DNA of 64,000 nucleotides from a bacterium (GCA_963674595.2 CAXXFV010000009.1:32001-96000); one strand, 5' to 3'. Shown: positions 51,501 to 60,487, counted from the stretch's first letter. Notes: a model not told the origin generated them from the sequence alone. Program-made: numbers and translations.

Positions 51501-52285
51501 ATTCCGCTTTAAGCGCGCTTGAAGAAGGAATTAGCTATGCAAATAAACTACAGGATTTTCCAAATCAGGCTGAAATGTTGTATCAGGAAGCTTTTGTCTA
51601 TTTGGAACTAAACCAGGTTTTATTGGCAAACAAGAGTATTGATTTTTGTCTCAATATCGCCGAAGCTCACAGTCCTAAAGTAAGGTTGGCACAATATAAT
51701 GTTTTAAAAAGTCGTATTTGTTTACGATTAAATGATAACAATGCAGAATTGCACCTGAATAATGCCAGGGAGCTATCACATCAATATCAGGATGAAACGT
51801 TAAAGCTGGAAATTTTGTTTCTGGAACTTGAAATGTATATTCTTTTGCAAAAAGACAAACAGGTTTTAGTAAAGGTCAGACCCTATTTACAAAATTTCAA
51901 TGATATAAAATTCAAATGGCAGCAGGTTGAACTTTTAAAATTGCTATCATTTGCATTAATTGCCGACAAAAATGATCCGAACAGGATTAAAAAATTCTTA
52001 ATAAATGGTTTGAATATTGCCGATTCTCTTAACCGAACGCTAGACCAAAAAAACATCCATCAATTATTGGGTGATATTGATTATAAAAATGGTAATCTTG
52101 TTGATGCCTTTCAACATTATAAAACTGCCTACCAATGTCTGCGAATTTGTATAACATCTCTTCGTACGCCTGGATTTAAAAAGTCACTTTTATCCCTGCC
52201 GGAGAATGTTGAATTGATTAAAAAGATTAAGTTGATTAAAGAGTCTATAAAAAACCAAATGTCGCCCGCTAAAACCGATCCCTAA
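48542..52285 (+). CDS. Ser/Thr protein kinase fused to a degenerate AAA/STAND NTPase and TPR repeats
   Basis: Kinase motifs LGRGATG, LKIL, HGDLKSDN, DFG and YAAPE. The P-loop position reads GSEGSGID. TPR motifs such as LNNLGV occur in the C-terminal half. Confidence 0.88.
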   Translation: MMKDNLTQPENFQNTDELINNRYRVLKELGRGATGIVYLVQDMIREQKECVLKILNNSVNKDDLIIAQLRQEFSILSAIHHPNLVNVYDLNRIAGTQKYFFTMEFVAGKPYLEKASEYDVQQHLQLFVQIILALDYIHAKGLYHGDLKSDNLFIIQDTWGKDQVKIMDFGMSGQRGSKAKENIGGTLEYAAPELFRGSGHSIQSDIYALGILFYWALAGKPPFKGSPDALKKGHLSASPPALQGQVPYDLERIIMRMLAKEPDERYKSCEDILVDLENSLDLDINSQSILESLFWDGFVQHNKNILEKVINRHNSSPSDRDGQIITLSGSEGSGIDRVLDEIKNNLQMQEVNAYEIWCQHTHLSPFQPLANTFRNLDGFGKIEENFKEFFDKHFNADFFKKDNQKHRQINLTTFMDEWVSFFSELGQKNPVYIILRNAEQAADLLIKLFYYIARALDGQNVFICLTFSPEKSQAQALIHHENASLEKVSELSLEPFSLNEMEEFLKLAFYDISIPARFINDLIKHSGGHPSAVVSILIELYNKNYFIRSEGRWILNDDYHLTDLDLSNFNKIYLSLYSSLTENEKKLAQYIAVWGAAVTKPIIKSLNIAVDDVEDLFQPLVTKRLLRIFTIKDEEFFDFVSDSLRQFVYNSISATLVKTLHKEIVEYLKSYPDSFLSLHLKALHYLKSGDFENGFKFSTRSIKQLSFSQENRNALILARFTSSLAKKQKKRIRMTLLRRIAELEQNLGETVDAIKHFIQLVVMYRKGVAKSAVYRRISTLYQKMGDIDKATEALNSALKQIGKQAFIEQALVLRELAWIALIKGENKKSLELGHQALQSLDNQTPSKALGLALNSMGSAYYFNGEIDKAIEYLHKSIDIRKKLHDDWGTAATLNNLGVFYNVAGKQEQAISVWTQGLELREKIGDISGIAQILMNMGVLLLERGQFSRAYLNYNKCKIIRKRTGDIRGLVEVLGNLGELERLREDFDSALSALEEGISYANKLQDFPNQAEMLYQEAFVYLELNQVLLANKSIDFCLNIAEAHSPKVRLAQYNVLKSRICLRLNDNNAELHLNNARELSHQYQDETLKLEILFLELEMYILLQKDKQVLVKVRPYLQNFNDIKFKWQQVELLKLLSFALIADKNDPNRIKKFLINGLNIADSLNRTLDQKNIHQLLGDIDYKNGNLVDAFQHYKTAYQCLRICITSLRTPGFKKSLLSLPENVELIKKIKLIKESIKNQMSPAKTDP

Positions 52286-52679
52286 TATATTAAATTTTAA
52301 TAAATAAAGGTTACTATCCCAGGGTTATCCCCGTTTTATCTTTGTCTATTCTTTAAAAAGCAATCGGACAAATAAAACTAAAGACAATACCCAGTATTAA
52401 AATTAAACCCATGAAAAACATGGAAAGAGAATTTTTAATTTTGTTGAAAATTCGATTATTTTTGATCACTATACTTGTCATATTCTGCCATCTTTCGTAA
52501 TAAATCTGTTGTATTTTGGACACCAGAATACATACAAAATAAATGCCAAAAAGTGGTGATGCGATTTGAAATTTTAATTTTATAAGTGTAATAAAAATAA
52601 GGTGTGTTTGCAGCCTTCTGTCGAATGGACAAATAAACGAATAAATATGTGTCTAATATTTGTCCCAGGTGTCCTTTTT

Positions 52680-53378
52680 TTAGGACAGTTGTTGATGTTT
52701 CCGAATAATAATGACATCATTCCCATGGAATTCAATACCCGCCTGCCAATGTTCTGCTAGCCACTGAAAGGCTGTTTTTGAATAAAAGCAAATATGTGTC
52801 GGGTCATTTTTATAGTGCCAGGTTTTAAAAGCCTCCTTGTTTGTCAAAAGTTTTGTCATTATTCCCAAAACACCTCCGGATTTCAGACATGATAGCAGAC
52901 GTTCGAGTTCATATTTTGCATCACTTAAATGTTCCAGCACTTCTGTTGCCGTTATAAAAGTGTAATTTTGCTGCAATAGCCCGGGGTGATCTGCATAAAA
53001 TTTATCATAAATATTCATATCGCAGCCGATTTCCTGAAACATAACCGAAAGGGTGGGGCCGGGGCCGCAGCCAAAGTCCAAACCTTTGTCACCTTTTATA
53101 ATATATTTTTGCATAGGCTGAAAAAGCCGGTTCAGGAATTTTCGATAATTCATGTCGTTTGGACTGTTTTGATGAAAATCATATTGCTTTTTTTCTTCTT
53201 CAGCAGATAAATGGTATTGCGGAGGCACAAAGACAAGCGAGCATTCTTTACATTCAAGATAGACACGATATTTGTCCTGCCAATAGTCAGAAACCTTTTG
53301 TCCGTAACACAACGGACATTTGTAATGTTCTTTTTTATTTTGTGTCATTGCCAAATATTGATTGATGATTGAATTCAA
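52680..53378 (-). CDS. Class I SAM-dependent methyltransferase with N-terminal zinc ribbon
   Basis: CPLC...CKEC, LDFGCGPG, EVLEH and WHY..DPTHICFYS motifs. Confidence 0.9.
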   Translation of the reverse strand: MNSIINQYLAMTQNKKEHYKCPLCYGQKVSDYWQDKYRVYLECKECSLVFVPPQYHLSAEEEKKQYDFHQNSPNDMNYRKFLNRLFQPMQKYIIKGDKGLDFGCGPGPTLSVMFQEIGCDMNIYDKFYADHPGLLQQNYTFITATEVLEHLSDAKYELERLLSCLKSGGVLGIMTKLLTNKEAFKTWHYKNDPTHICFYSKTAFQWLAEHWQAGIEFHGNDVIIIRKHQQLS

Positions 53379-53420
53379 TTGGTTGGAATGTAAAAAGAAT
53401 TGCTGAAAAAGAAAACTTTT

Positions 53421-54998
53421 TTACAACATCTGTTGGGTTCTCTGATTATTTAAATCAACAGGAAGAACGACTGTAAAAGTTGAGCCTTTTCCCGGTTCAC
53501 TTGCAACCTTAATTTCACCATGATGCTCCTGAACAATTTGGTAGGATATGGATAATCCCAAACGGGCCCTGACAATCGGTCCTTTTGTTGTAAATCCAGG
53601 GTCAAAAATTGAATCCAGCTCTGTTTGTGCGATGCCCTTGCCGGTATCTCTAATAACGATGTGAACTTTATCGCCTTGCTGACTGGTGGTAATGGTGATT
53701 TGTCCCTCATCCTCAATCGCCTGTCCGGCATTTTTTATCAAGTTTAAAAACACCTGGTTCATTTTTCGCGGTTGAAAAATAAATTCCGGTATATCTCCAT
53801 ACTCTTTTACAACCGTGATATTTGAAAGATACTCGTGCTTTATGAGTGCTAAAACACTGTCAAGCCCTTCATGGATGTTTGCTTTTACTGTTTCGGCTTC
53901 ATCAAGCCTTGTAAAATTTTTCAAATTTTTGATAATTTCGTTCAGCCGTTCTGTTCCCTGTGAAATTGAGCCCTCTGCATTCAGGATGATTTGCATGAGT
54001 TTTGTTATTTCCTGATCTTTACGGTCTGTTTCAGGGACAATGTTTTTCATGATTGTTTCAAGTTTTTTAATGGCTTTGGATATTGTATCATTCATACTGC
54101 GTACAGCGCCTATCGGTGTGTTGAATTCGTGTGTTAATCCTGCCACCAATTGCCCGAGTGAGGCCATCTTTTCCTGAACAATAACCTGTTTCTGCATTTG
54201 TTGCAGTTTTAAAAGTGTGTCTTTCAGTTCGATGTTTTTTTGTAACAGTTCCTGAGTTCGGTCTTTTACCTTTTGTTCAAGACCAATATTCAGTTCGTTA
54301 ACCTTGTCGAATTGATAATTAAGAATTGCCACAAAATAAAAAACAGCCATTAAAAATGTGCCGATATAATTGATAAGCTGCCACTTTTCATTTGATGTAG
54401 GAAAAATAATTGCTCCTCCGTATCCAACAAAAAGCCATATCAATGTCCCAATTGATAGTAAAAGTATGAATCGTTTTTGAGGTTCTGCTGCTGTTTTAAA
54501 ACTTTTATATGCCATTGTAAACAAGTAGAAAAATACAACCAGAAACAAAGGAAATAGAAAACTTCCAATAGCACCAAATTCCACGTCCCAGATATGTTTG
54601 GGATTGTCGGATATTTTGATAATAAGGTCGGTAAACTGGGAAAATATAATACACATGAGAATGCCAAAAAGCGATGCGATTTTAAAGTTTTTTACTTTGA
54701 TTTTCAGGACTTTGGCATCCGGTTTTTTATCATATCCGGTAAAGGCAAAAAAGAAGTATAACAGTGTTATGGGCACAAAAAATCCTGCTGTAAATGTAAT
54801 CCGCATCCAGGTATTGATATGTTCCGTCCTTCCAAATTGGAACCAGGCAAAAAAAGCAAAACTGTCAATTGCCAGAGCAAGCGTAAATAAAGAAAACATT
54901 TTGTTGATTGTATCACGATTGCGAAATAGCCAGGTAATAATCGAAAGCAGTATGCAGAAAATACCTGAAATAAGCATGGGGAGGAATAAAATGTTCAT
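53421..54998 (-). CDS. 7TM sensor histidine kinase
   Basis: Seven N-terminal TM helices. EKMASLGQLVAGLTHEFNTP, NLIKNA, DTGKG and LGLS motifs. Confidence 0.9.
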   Translation of the reverse strand: MNILFLPMLISGIFCILLSIITWLFRNRDTINKMFSLFTLALAIDSFAFFAWFQFGRTEHINTWMRITFTAGFFVPITLLYFFFAFTGYDKKPDAKVLKIKVKNFKIASLFGILMCIIFSQFTDLIIKISDNPKHIWDVEFGAIGSFLFPLFLVVFFYLFTMAYKSFKTAAEPQKRFILLLSIGTLIWLFVGYGGAIIFPTSNEKWQLINYIGTFLMAVFYFVAILNYQFDKVNELNIGLEQKVKDRTQELLQKNIELKDTLLKLQQMQKQVIVQEKMASLGQLVAGLTHEFNTPIGAVRSMNDTISKAIKKLETIMKNIVPETDRKDQEITKLMQIILNAEGSISQGTERLNEIIKNLKNFTRLDEAETVKANIHEGLDSVLALIKHEYLSNITVVKEYGDIPEFIFQPRKMNQVFLNLIKNAGQAIEDEGQITITTSQQGDKVHIVIRDTGKGIAQTELDSIFDPGFTTKGPIVRARLGLSISYQIVQEHHGEIKVASEPGKGSTFTVVLPVDLNNQRTQQML

Positions 54999-55138
54999 AA
55001 GAAAAGGTCCGGATTTTTAAGGAATTTTTTCAAAATTTACTTTTAGATTATATTTTAACAAATCGGAGCTGGTTTTTTACAACTATGATTTTGATGATTT
55101 GAGAATATTTTATAATCAATTCCTGTTTTAAAATACCA

Positions 55139-55519
55139 TTAAAAGTTTTCTAAACTATCTCCAAATGAAATTACCAAACAAACCCAGATCGATACTAAAA
55201 GTGTAATAGTAGAAACAACTATGGTTGTCTTTTTTTTATTAATTTCTATTTTATTCATAGTTTTTATCTGGTTGAATGGCAGTTTTATTTCATATTCTGT
55301 ATTATTGTACTTATGGGGTACCACGATAATCAAAGTATCTCCTGAAATGGAATACTGTTCGAACTCGAAAGATTCATGTTCAAATGTTGTTATTCTGTAA
55401 ACCGAATTTCTTGTCTTATTATTCTCTTTAAATTCAGCAGGTGATGTTCTTATAGCTCTGGTACAGGATAAAAAAATCAAAATACAGCAGAACGAAAAGA
55501 TGATGAGCAGATTTTTCAT
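55139..55519 (-). CDS. Hypothetical lipoprotein with C-terminal TM helix
   Basis: Lipobox FLSC, GGGGA RBS, hydrophobic C-terminus. Confidence 0.7.
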   Translation of the reverse strand: MKNLLIIFSFCCILIFLSCTRAIRTSPAEFKENNKTRNSVYRITTFEHESFEFEQYSISGDTLIIVVPHKYNNTEYEIKLPFNQIKTMNKIEINKKKTTIVVSTITLLVSIWVCLVISFGDSLENF

Positions 55520-55629
55520 ATTGATCCCCGTTTTACAAGGCCGACAGGTTTAAAAATAATACAAAATAAAAACCATGACAGTAGAACTAATATCTCCAAA
55601 GGATGCTTTTTTACCTGGGAAGCAGGAAA

Positions 55630-56193
55630 TTAAATAATATTAAAGCTTGAGACAAATTGTAATATTTCTTTATTAATATAGGGAAAAATTTCTTTTGTGG
55701 AATCAACTAATATCAATACACCGATTTGATCTTTTTTCATTAAAGTGAAATAATAGCAGTCATGGGGTTCATTGAAATTGTCTGTGTATTCACTTACAAA
55801 ACCATAAAATGGTTTGTAATTTGATTGGTATTTAATTGGTGGTTTTAATTTACTTAACTGGTATTCTTTTAGGACAACCGGCGGTGCATAATTTAATAGT
55901 ACGACCAAAGTCATCATATCAAAAGGATCACTATCGTCTTTTTCTTCGACATTTTTATGGTTGATTATTTTAAACACCAATATTTGAATATTTGGTATCA
56001 CATCAATATTATTACTGTCTCTTATTGGATTGCGTTTGTATAAAAGTCTTTTTATCCCTTCAGTAGAATCTCTTACCGCTATATTCCAGGAATTGTTTAA
56101 CTTGTATTCAAAGCTGTTGCTGCCCAATGTTATTACTTGCGATGATGATATTGGAGGAAAACAAAATAACAAAATCATCATAAACTTTTTCAT
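55630..56193 (-). CDS. Hypothetical secreted protein
   Basis: 187-aa ORF with a signal peptide and a GGTG RBS. Confidence 0.7.
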   Translation of the reverse strand: MKKFMMILLFCFPPISSSQVITLGSNSFEYKLNNSWNIAVRDSTEGIKRLLYKRNPIRDSNNIDVIPNIQILVFKIINHKNVEEKDDSDPFDMMTLVVLLNYAPPVVLKEYQLSKLKPPIKYQSNYKPFYGFVSEYTDNFNEPHDCYYFTLMKKDQIGVLILVDSTKEIFPYINKEILQFVSSFNII

Positions 56194-56347
56194 TAAATCA
56201 CCATTATTTATTTCGTTATCATTCTCTCATTGCCATGTTAAAAAAAAATACAAAATATAGCATCACAGTACAAGGCTTTTCTGAAAATTATAAAACATCG
56301 TGAATATTTAATACTTTTTTAATTCAGTGATAGTTTGTTAAAGTCTG

Positions 56348-56701
56348 TCATTGATTTTCATATACGGATTTTGTAATGGAATACAAAATTAATAGAATAA
56401 TTGTTATGCCAAGCCCTAAAGAGACTGATGCTAAAATGGAAGATATTCCCTGGTGAATAATTGATGGTAACAAATCATTCACTTTCGCAATTGTGCCAAA
56501 TGCCTGGGAAACCGCTGTTAATGCTTTTGCGATGATTAACATAAAGGGAAGAAATACGGACACTTTGCAGGCAGTTATCAGCTTTACTTTTTTACGAAAA
56601 ACTATTTGATAAATACAAAGTATTATTGAAATCGCTGAAAAAATAACAACTATGACTGAAATTCCGGAAGGTAAATTTGCATTCATTTTTTCTTCTTCCA
56701 T
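56348..56701 (-). CDS. Small 3-TM protein with weak resemblance to short MotA/TolQ/ExbB-family proteins
   Basis: AFGTIAKVNDLLPSIIHQGISSIL segment lies between TM helices. Confidence 0.5.
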   Translation of the reverse strand: MEEEKMNANLPSGISVIVVIFSAISIILCIYQIVFRKKVKLITACKVSVFLPFMLIIAKALTAVSQAFGTIAKVNDLLPSIIHQGISSILASVSLGLGITIILLILYSITKSVYENQ

Positions 56702-56757
56702 TTCTATGGAGATGTTCGTTTAATAATATCCTGTGATTAGTAATAGCCGGTTTTTTT

Positions 56758-57384
56758 TTAATTATTGGGTAATTTATTTGAGGTTGCGCTCGTTATTTTC
56801 GAGAGAAAACGGTCTCGCATTGGTAACCATTCATCAATTGAATGAATTTGGCTTGTTTTAGTGAAAATAATTGTTGTACCTGTTCTCAGTGTATCATTAA
56901 ATAGTAGATAATAACCTATCAGTTCATCATTTTTTATTTTTTTAATATCGGCGCTGTGGTCCCCGATACAATGATATTCACCATATTCTTTAGTGAAATT
57001 TTCCAGTTCTTTGTTATTTTGTATGGCCCATTCTCTTTGATATAAAAATCCCTGTTCTATAATTTCTTTGCTTTGCGGATAAAGTTCGGAAACGTATTCT
57101 TCTGTTGCAAGGATGGCAAAGATATTATCTTTTTGATAAAATTCTATTGTAAATCCGATTAAAAACGAAATATTTGCTATTCCGTCACTCGTCTCGACTT
57201 GTTTTGTATACGGCTTATTGGATGGTTTGGTTATGGTAAATTTTTTGGAATAAACACCGTCGTCAAACTCTAATGTGGGATAGTATTCAAATAAAGATAC
57301 CATATTTCTTGTTTTATATGGGTATTGATGCGCACATGACAGACAAAACGTTAGGCTAAATATTATTAGTGTGAGCTTTTTCAT
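56758..57384 (-). CDS. Hypothetical lipoprotein
   Basis: Lipobox CLSC and an AAGGGA RBS. Confidence 0.72.
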   Translation of the reverse strand: MKKLTLIIFSLTFCLSCAHQYPYKTRNMVSLFEYYPTLEFDDGVYSKKFTITKPSNKPYTKQVETSDGIANISFLIGFTIEFYQKDNIFAILATEEYVSELYPQSKEIIEQGFLYQREWAIQNNKELENFTKEYGEYHCIGDHSADIKKIKNDELIGYYLLFNDTLRTGTTIIFTKTSQIHSIDEWLPMRDRFLSKITSATSNKLPNN

Positions 57385-57493
57385 TTTAGTCCCTTTTGTT
57401 AAAAGTGAGTGTGTAATGTTGCCGGTTTGTGCTAGTAATTATCGATCGACGTGATTGAAATTTATTTCAATAGATATTTATTTTTTTTGTAGT

Positions 57494-57949
57494 CTAATCG
57501 TGGTCATCTTGTTTTGATTCAAATTTTAAAATAATAAATGCAGCATCTGCTGTATCATAAAGAATATGCACTGCAAAGCAAAAAATAGATAAAATTAAAA
57601 CATCAAAAATAAAATTATAATATGGTACATTTTCTTGAACAACAATACTATGTTTCAATATAAATAATAAAAAACTCGTTATTAATAACCAGACTTGTTC
57701 GCAGACAGATTTTCGCATTTCATGCATTGTAGTATTAAAATCATTCCCATATTGTTCAGCTATTTCTCTAAGTTTCGTCATAATAATACTTGTCGTAGTT
57801 GTGTTAATTGCCATAAGGGCAATTATTATTAATACTAAATTTGTATCAAGAAAAGATGAAATATATGAACTTTTTAGTAATATTGATAATAAGGTGAGAA
57901 TAATGCTTATAGTTATATACATAGAAATATTTTTTAGTTGGTCAATCAT
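57494..57949 (-). CDS. Hypothetical 4-TM protein, translationally coupled to the upstream gene
   Basis: Four hydrophobic segments. ATGA start/stop overlap with 57946..58803. Confidence 0.75.
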   Translation of the reverse strand: MIDQLKNISMYITISIILTLLSILLKSSYISSFLDTNLVLIIIALMAINTTTTSIIMTKLREIAEQYGNDFNTTMHEMRKSVCEQVWLLITSFLLFILKHSIVVQENVPYYNFIFDVLILSIFCFAVHILYDTADAAFIILKFESKQDDHD

Positions 57950-58803
57950 GAGACAATTTCCTTTAAAATTGGTATCGCCTTATCTATATCTGATATAGAT
58001 AGTTCTATTTCATCAATTTCCGTTTCTTGAACACTTTCTGACATTGTAATATTTTTCCTGATACCTTTAACTTTCATCGTAACTTCACCCCCTCCCTCGG
58101 AAGAGTAGTCAAGCAAGCTTTCGATCATTTCATTCTCTGGTTTAATTGTTAAGTATGAAGTTTTAGGGCTATTTAACTCTAGTTTTGTTTTATTTGTATT
58201 TGTTTCTTCATTTAATTTTGGTAAGTCGAGTTTTAGTGCTCCTGAAATATTCGCTAAATTCGGTGATACCAAATTGAATGTTAGGCGGGTTAATGATTTC
58301 GGATACCTATTGATAATTTCCCAAAAGTCCTCTTTACCAAACATCGGCTCAATAAATATACCAAGGTGAAATTTTTTAAGGAAGTGGGACAAATTGCGTT
58401 CTAAAAAACTGGCAACTGTGTTCGTATTTGCAAATACTTTTGTATTTTTTTCAATAAATATTTTTTGGATTTCAGGTTTATTGTTGATTAATACACTGAT
58501 TGGTGTCCAATCGTCAACTGGTTTTTGATCAAAATTTTTATCTGTTATTTTTAAAATTTTTTGATGTCCGATTTTTAGTATTGAAAAATCTGATGAATGG
58601 TAAATTACTTTATGAGCAATTTCAGAACGACTATATTCAAATTTTTTAAGAGACCCAAGTGCTTCGGCAAAATAATTATTTTTTTGTTTCTTTAAATCCT
58701 CCAATGAAATGTTATCAGAAAATAATGATAACTGAGGGGATTGCTCAAGTGGTAAAATTTGATATCTAAAGATATTAAAAATGTGTGTTGAATCATCGTT
58801 CAT
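57946..58803 (-). CDS. Hypothetical cytoplasmic protein, possibly DUF4747-like
   Basis: AAGGAG RBS. 285 aa with FW..I......L.F.LVSPN and Y...GGG motifs. The family call is from memory of such motifs and is tentative. Confidence 0.7.
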   Translation of the reverse strand: MNDDSTHIFNIFRYQILPLEQSPQLSLFSDNISLEDLKKQKNNYFAEALGSLKKFEYSRSEIAHKVIYHSSDFSILKIGHQKILKITDKNFDQKPVDDWTPISVLINNKPEIQKIFIEKNTKVFANTNTVASFLERNLSHFLKKFHLGIFIEPMFGKEDFWEIINRYPKSLTRLTFNLVSPNLANISGALKLDLPKLNEETNTNKTKLELNSPKTSYLTIKPENEMIESLLDYSSEGGGEVTMKVKGIRKNITMSESVQETEIDEIELSISDIDKAIPILKEIVS

Positions 58804-59184
58804 ATCAAGGCTCCTTTTTATCTAAATAGATGTAGAGAATAGTATAAATTAGCTAAAAAACTATCCATAGTGTGATAGCTTATTCAAACTCTATCCAGTT
58901 TAGTTAAATTTGGCTATTGGTAGTTTATTCATTGGTTCCTATATTAAATTTATTTTTACAGAATTTATCTCTTAATTGGTGATTCTAAATAGCTGCCCAT
59001 CCCCACCCAACCCAATTATTCTGACACTGAAATAAAGGAATATGATCTTGAATCCGACACAATCTCTCCTCGTGTGTGCTGCTGAAACCCATATTTGAAA
59101 AAATGATTATCAGGTAAAAGACATCAGGAACGCCCATGATCGACCAATCGTCCTGAAAAATAGTCCTTAATATCTGATAAGAGA

Positions 59185-59213
59185 ATAATACGTAATATTT
59201 AAAAACAGCGCAA
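59185..59213 (-). promoter_or_regulatory. Sigma70-type promoter
   Basis: The minus strand reads TTGCGC-N17-TATTAT. Confidence 0.55.
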
Positions 59214-59457
59214 GGGAATTTTATTTAAGCGTGAGAAATTAAAATGGCGGATTTTGATGGAATTATAATAATTGGCCTGATTTATATTAATATGTCATTC
59301 CTTTGGGATTTTATTCGGGTCTATTGAAAAATGGCATCAGCCCCGACATTCGTAAACCGTATTCTTTTCGTACTTTTTTTATTTCCCCCAACATATTCTA
59401 TATGAGCTGTGTGCAGATTGATGATTTCAATCTGCACATTTTGGCAGCCTATTTATC

Positions 59458-60036
59458 TCAATCCATCAATTTCGCGGCACAATAAGGGCAAACCTTCCAG
59501 TCACTTTCGACCTTTTTCTCACAAGCAGGACATGTCATTTTTAACGATGTGCCGCAATGGGGACAGACATTAAAATCGTTTCTAACCGGTTTTGAACAAG
59601 CCGGGCAGGTTTGTGGTGAATTTGCCGTTACCTGAGGAGTAATCGAAACAACCGGTGTACTACCGGTACGGACCAGCAGATAAATTATCAGACCGATCAC
59701 GTTACCGACAAACACAAGCGATCCCCATAAAAAGCCGTTCAACTTTCTTCGTTCCGCATCAATATAAACCCAGATTGTCACTATTAACCAGAATATAAAG
59801 AGCACTGAAGGAAATAAAAACATATGGTAGGCTTCAATGGGCTGAATTCCGTTGTGGGGGGAGATCATTTTGGGAAATATACCATGAAAAAAAGAATGTG
59901 AGAATGGATTAACAACAATAAATACAAATACAATAAGAAAAATAAGCAGTAACAGTCCGAGAGTTTTTCCGGTTGAAGTTGCCATAATAATTCTCCTAAA
60001 AATAATTCGGGTTTTGATTGCTGCCGGTTTTATCAT
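59458..60036 (-). CDS. Membrane protein with C-terminal double zinc ribbon
   Basis: WVYIDAERR...GLIIYLLVR followed by CPAC, CPHC, CPAC and CPYC. Start may be the ATG at 59985, after AGGAG. Confidence 0.85.
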   Translation of the reverse strand: MIKPAAIKTRIIFRRIIMATSTGKTLGLLLLIFLIVFVFIVVNPFSHSFFHGIFPKMISPHNGIQPIEAYHMFLFPSVLFIFWLIVTIWVYIDAERRKLNGFLWGSLVFVGNVIGLIIYLLVRTGSTPVVSITPQVTANSPQTCPACSKPVRNDFNVCPHCGTSLKMTCPACEKKVESDWKVCPYCAAKLMD

Positions 60037-60487
60037 TAAACGGCGAATAAAACAGTGGGATAAAGATTGCCATGATCATATTTTGAATTAAAATTGTCAG
60101 CACCAAAGAGATATTAAAATCAAATACCTCTCCATTGTCCTTTTGTATGATGAGGCCAATTATCAATAATAACAACGTTGCCAGAAACAAAATTGAAAAA
60201 CCGATGCCAAGTTTTGGGGATTGCCATAATAAGTGCAGCTTTTGTTTTAAAGAGAGCTTTATTTTCTGTTTTTCTATAATAGTTTTGCACCATACCAATG
60301 TAGCCTGACTTAATTCTTCCGGTACTTTAATTTTTGTCTGGTTGAATGTTCGCTTAATTTCAATCATCTCTTGCTGAAACGCATTGCATTTTTCACAGGA
60401 AGTTATATGGCCCTGTTCTTTTTCATCAAGGTTTTGCTGCAACAAGAGTTTTTTTTGAATTGATTTACAGCGCATTTTAGAACTCAC
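59996..60487 (-). CDS. Zinc-binding (ZAS-type) transmembrane anti-sigma factor
   Basis: HITSCEKC (HxxxCxxC), two TM helices, overlaps the ECF sigma stop codon. Confidence 0.75.
   Translation of the reverse strand: MSSKMRCKSIQKKLLLQQNLDEKEQGHITSCEKCNAFQQEMIEIKRTFNQTKIKVPEELSQATLVWCKTIIEKQKIKLSLKQKLHLLWQSPKLGIGFSILFLATLLLLIIGLIIQKDNGEVFDFNISLVLTILIQNMIMAIFIPLFYSPFNDKTGSNQNPNYF

Noticed and set aside
55139-58803. Co-oriented short orphan genes as an integron cassette array
   Set aside because: No attC-like RYYYAAC...GTTRRRY palindromes are visible between the genes, and there is no integrase.
59063-59218. 6S RNA-like rod on the plus strand
   Set aside because: The outer stem is weak and overlaps a good minus-strand promoter, and G-U pairing favours the minus strand. 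Kept only as an unassigned structured RNA.
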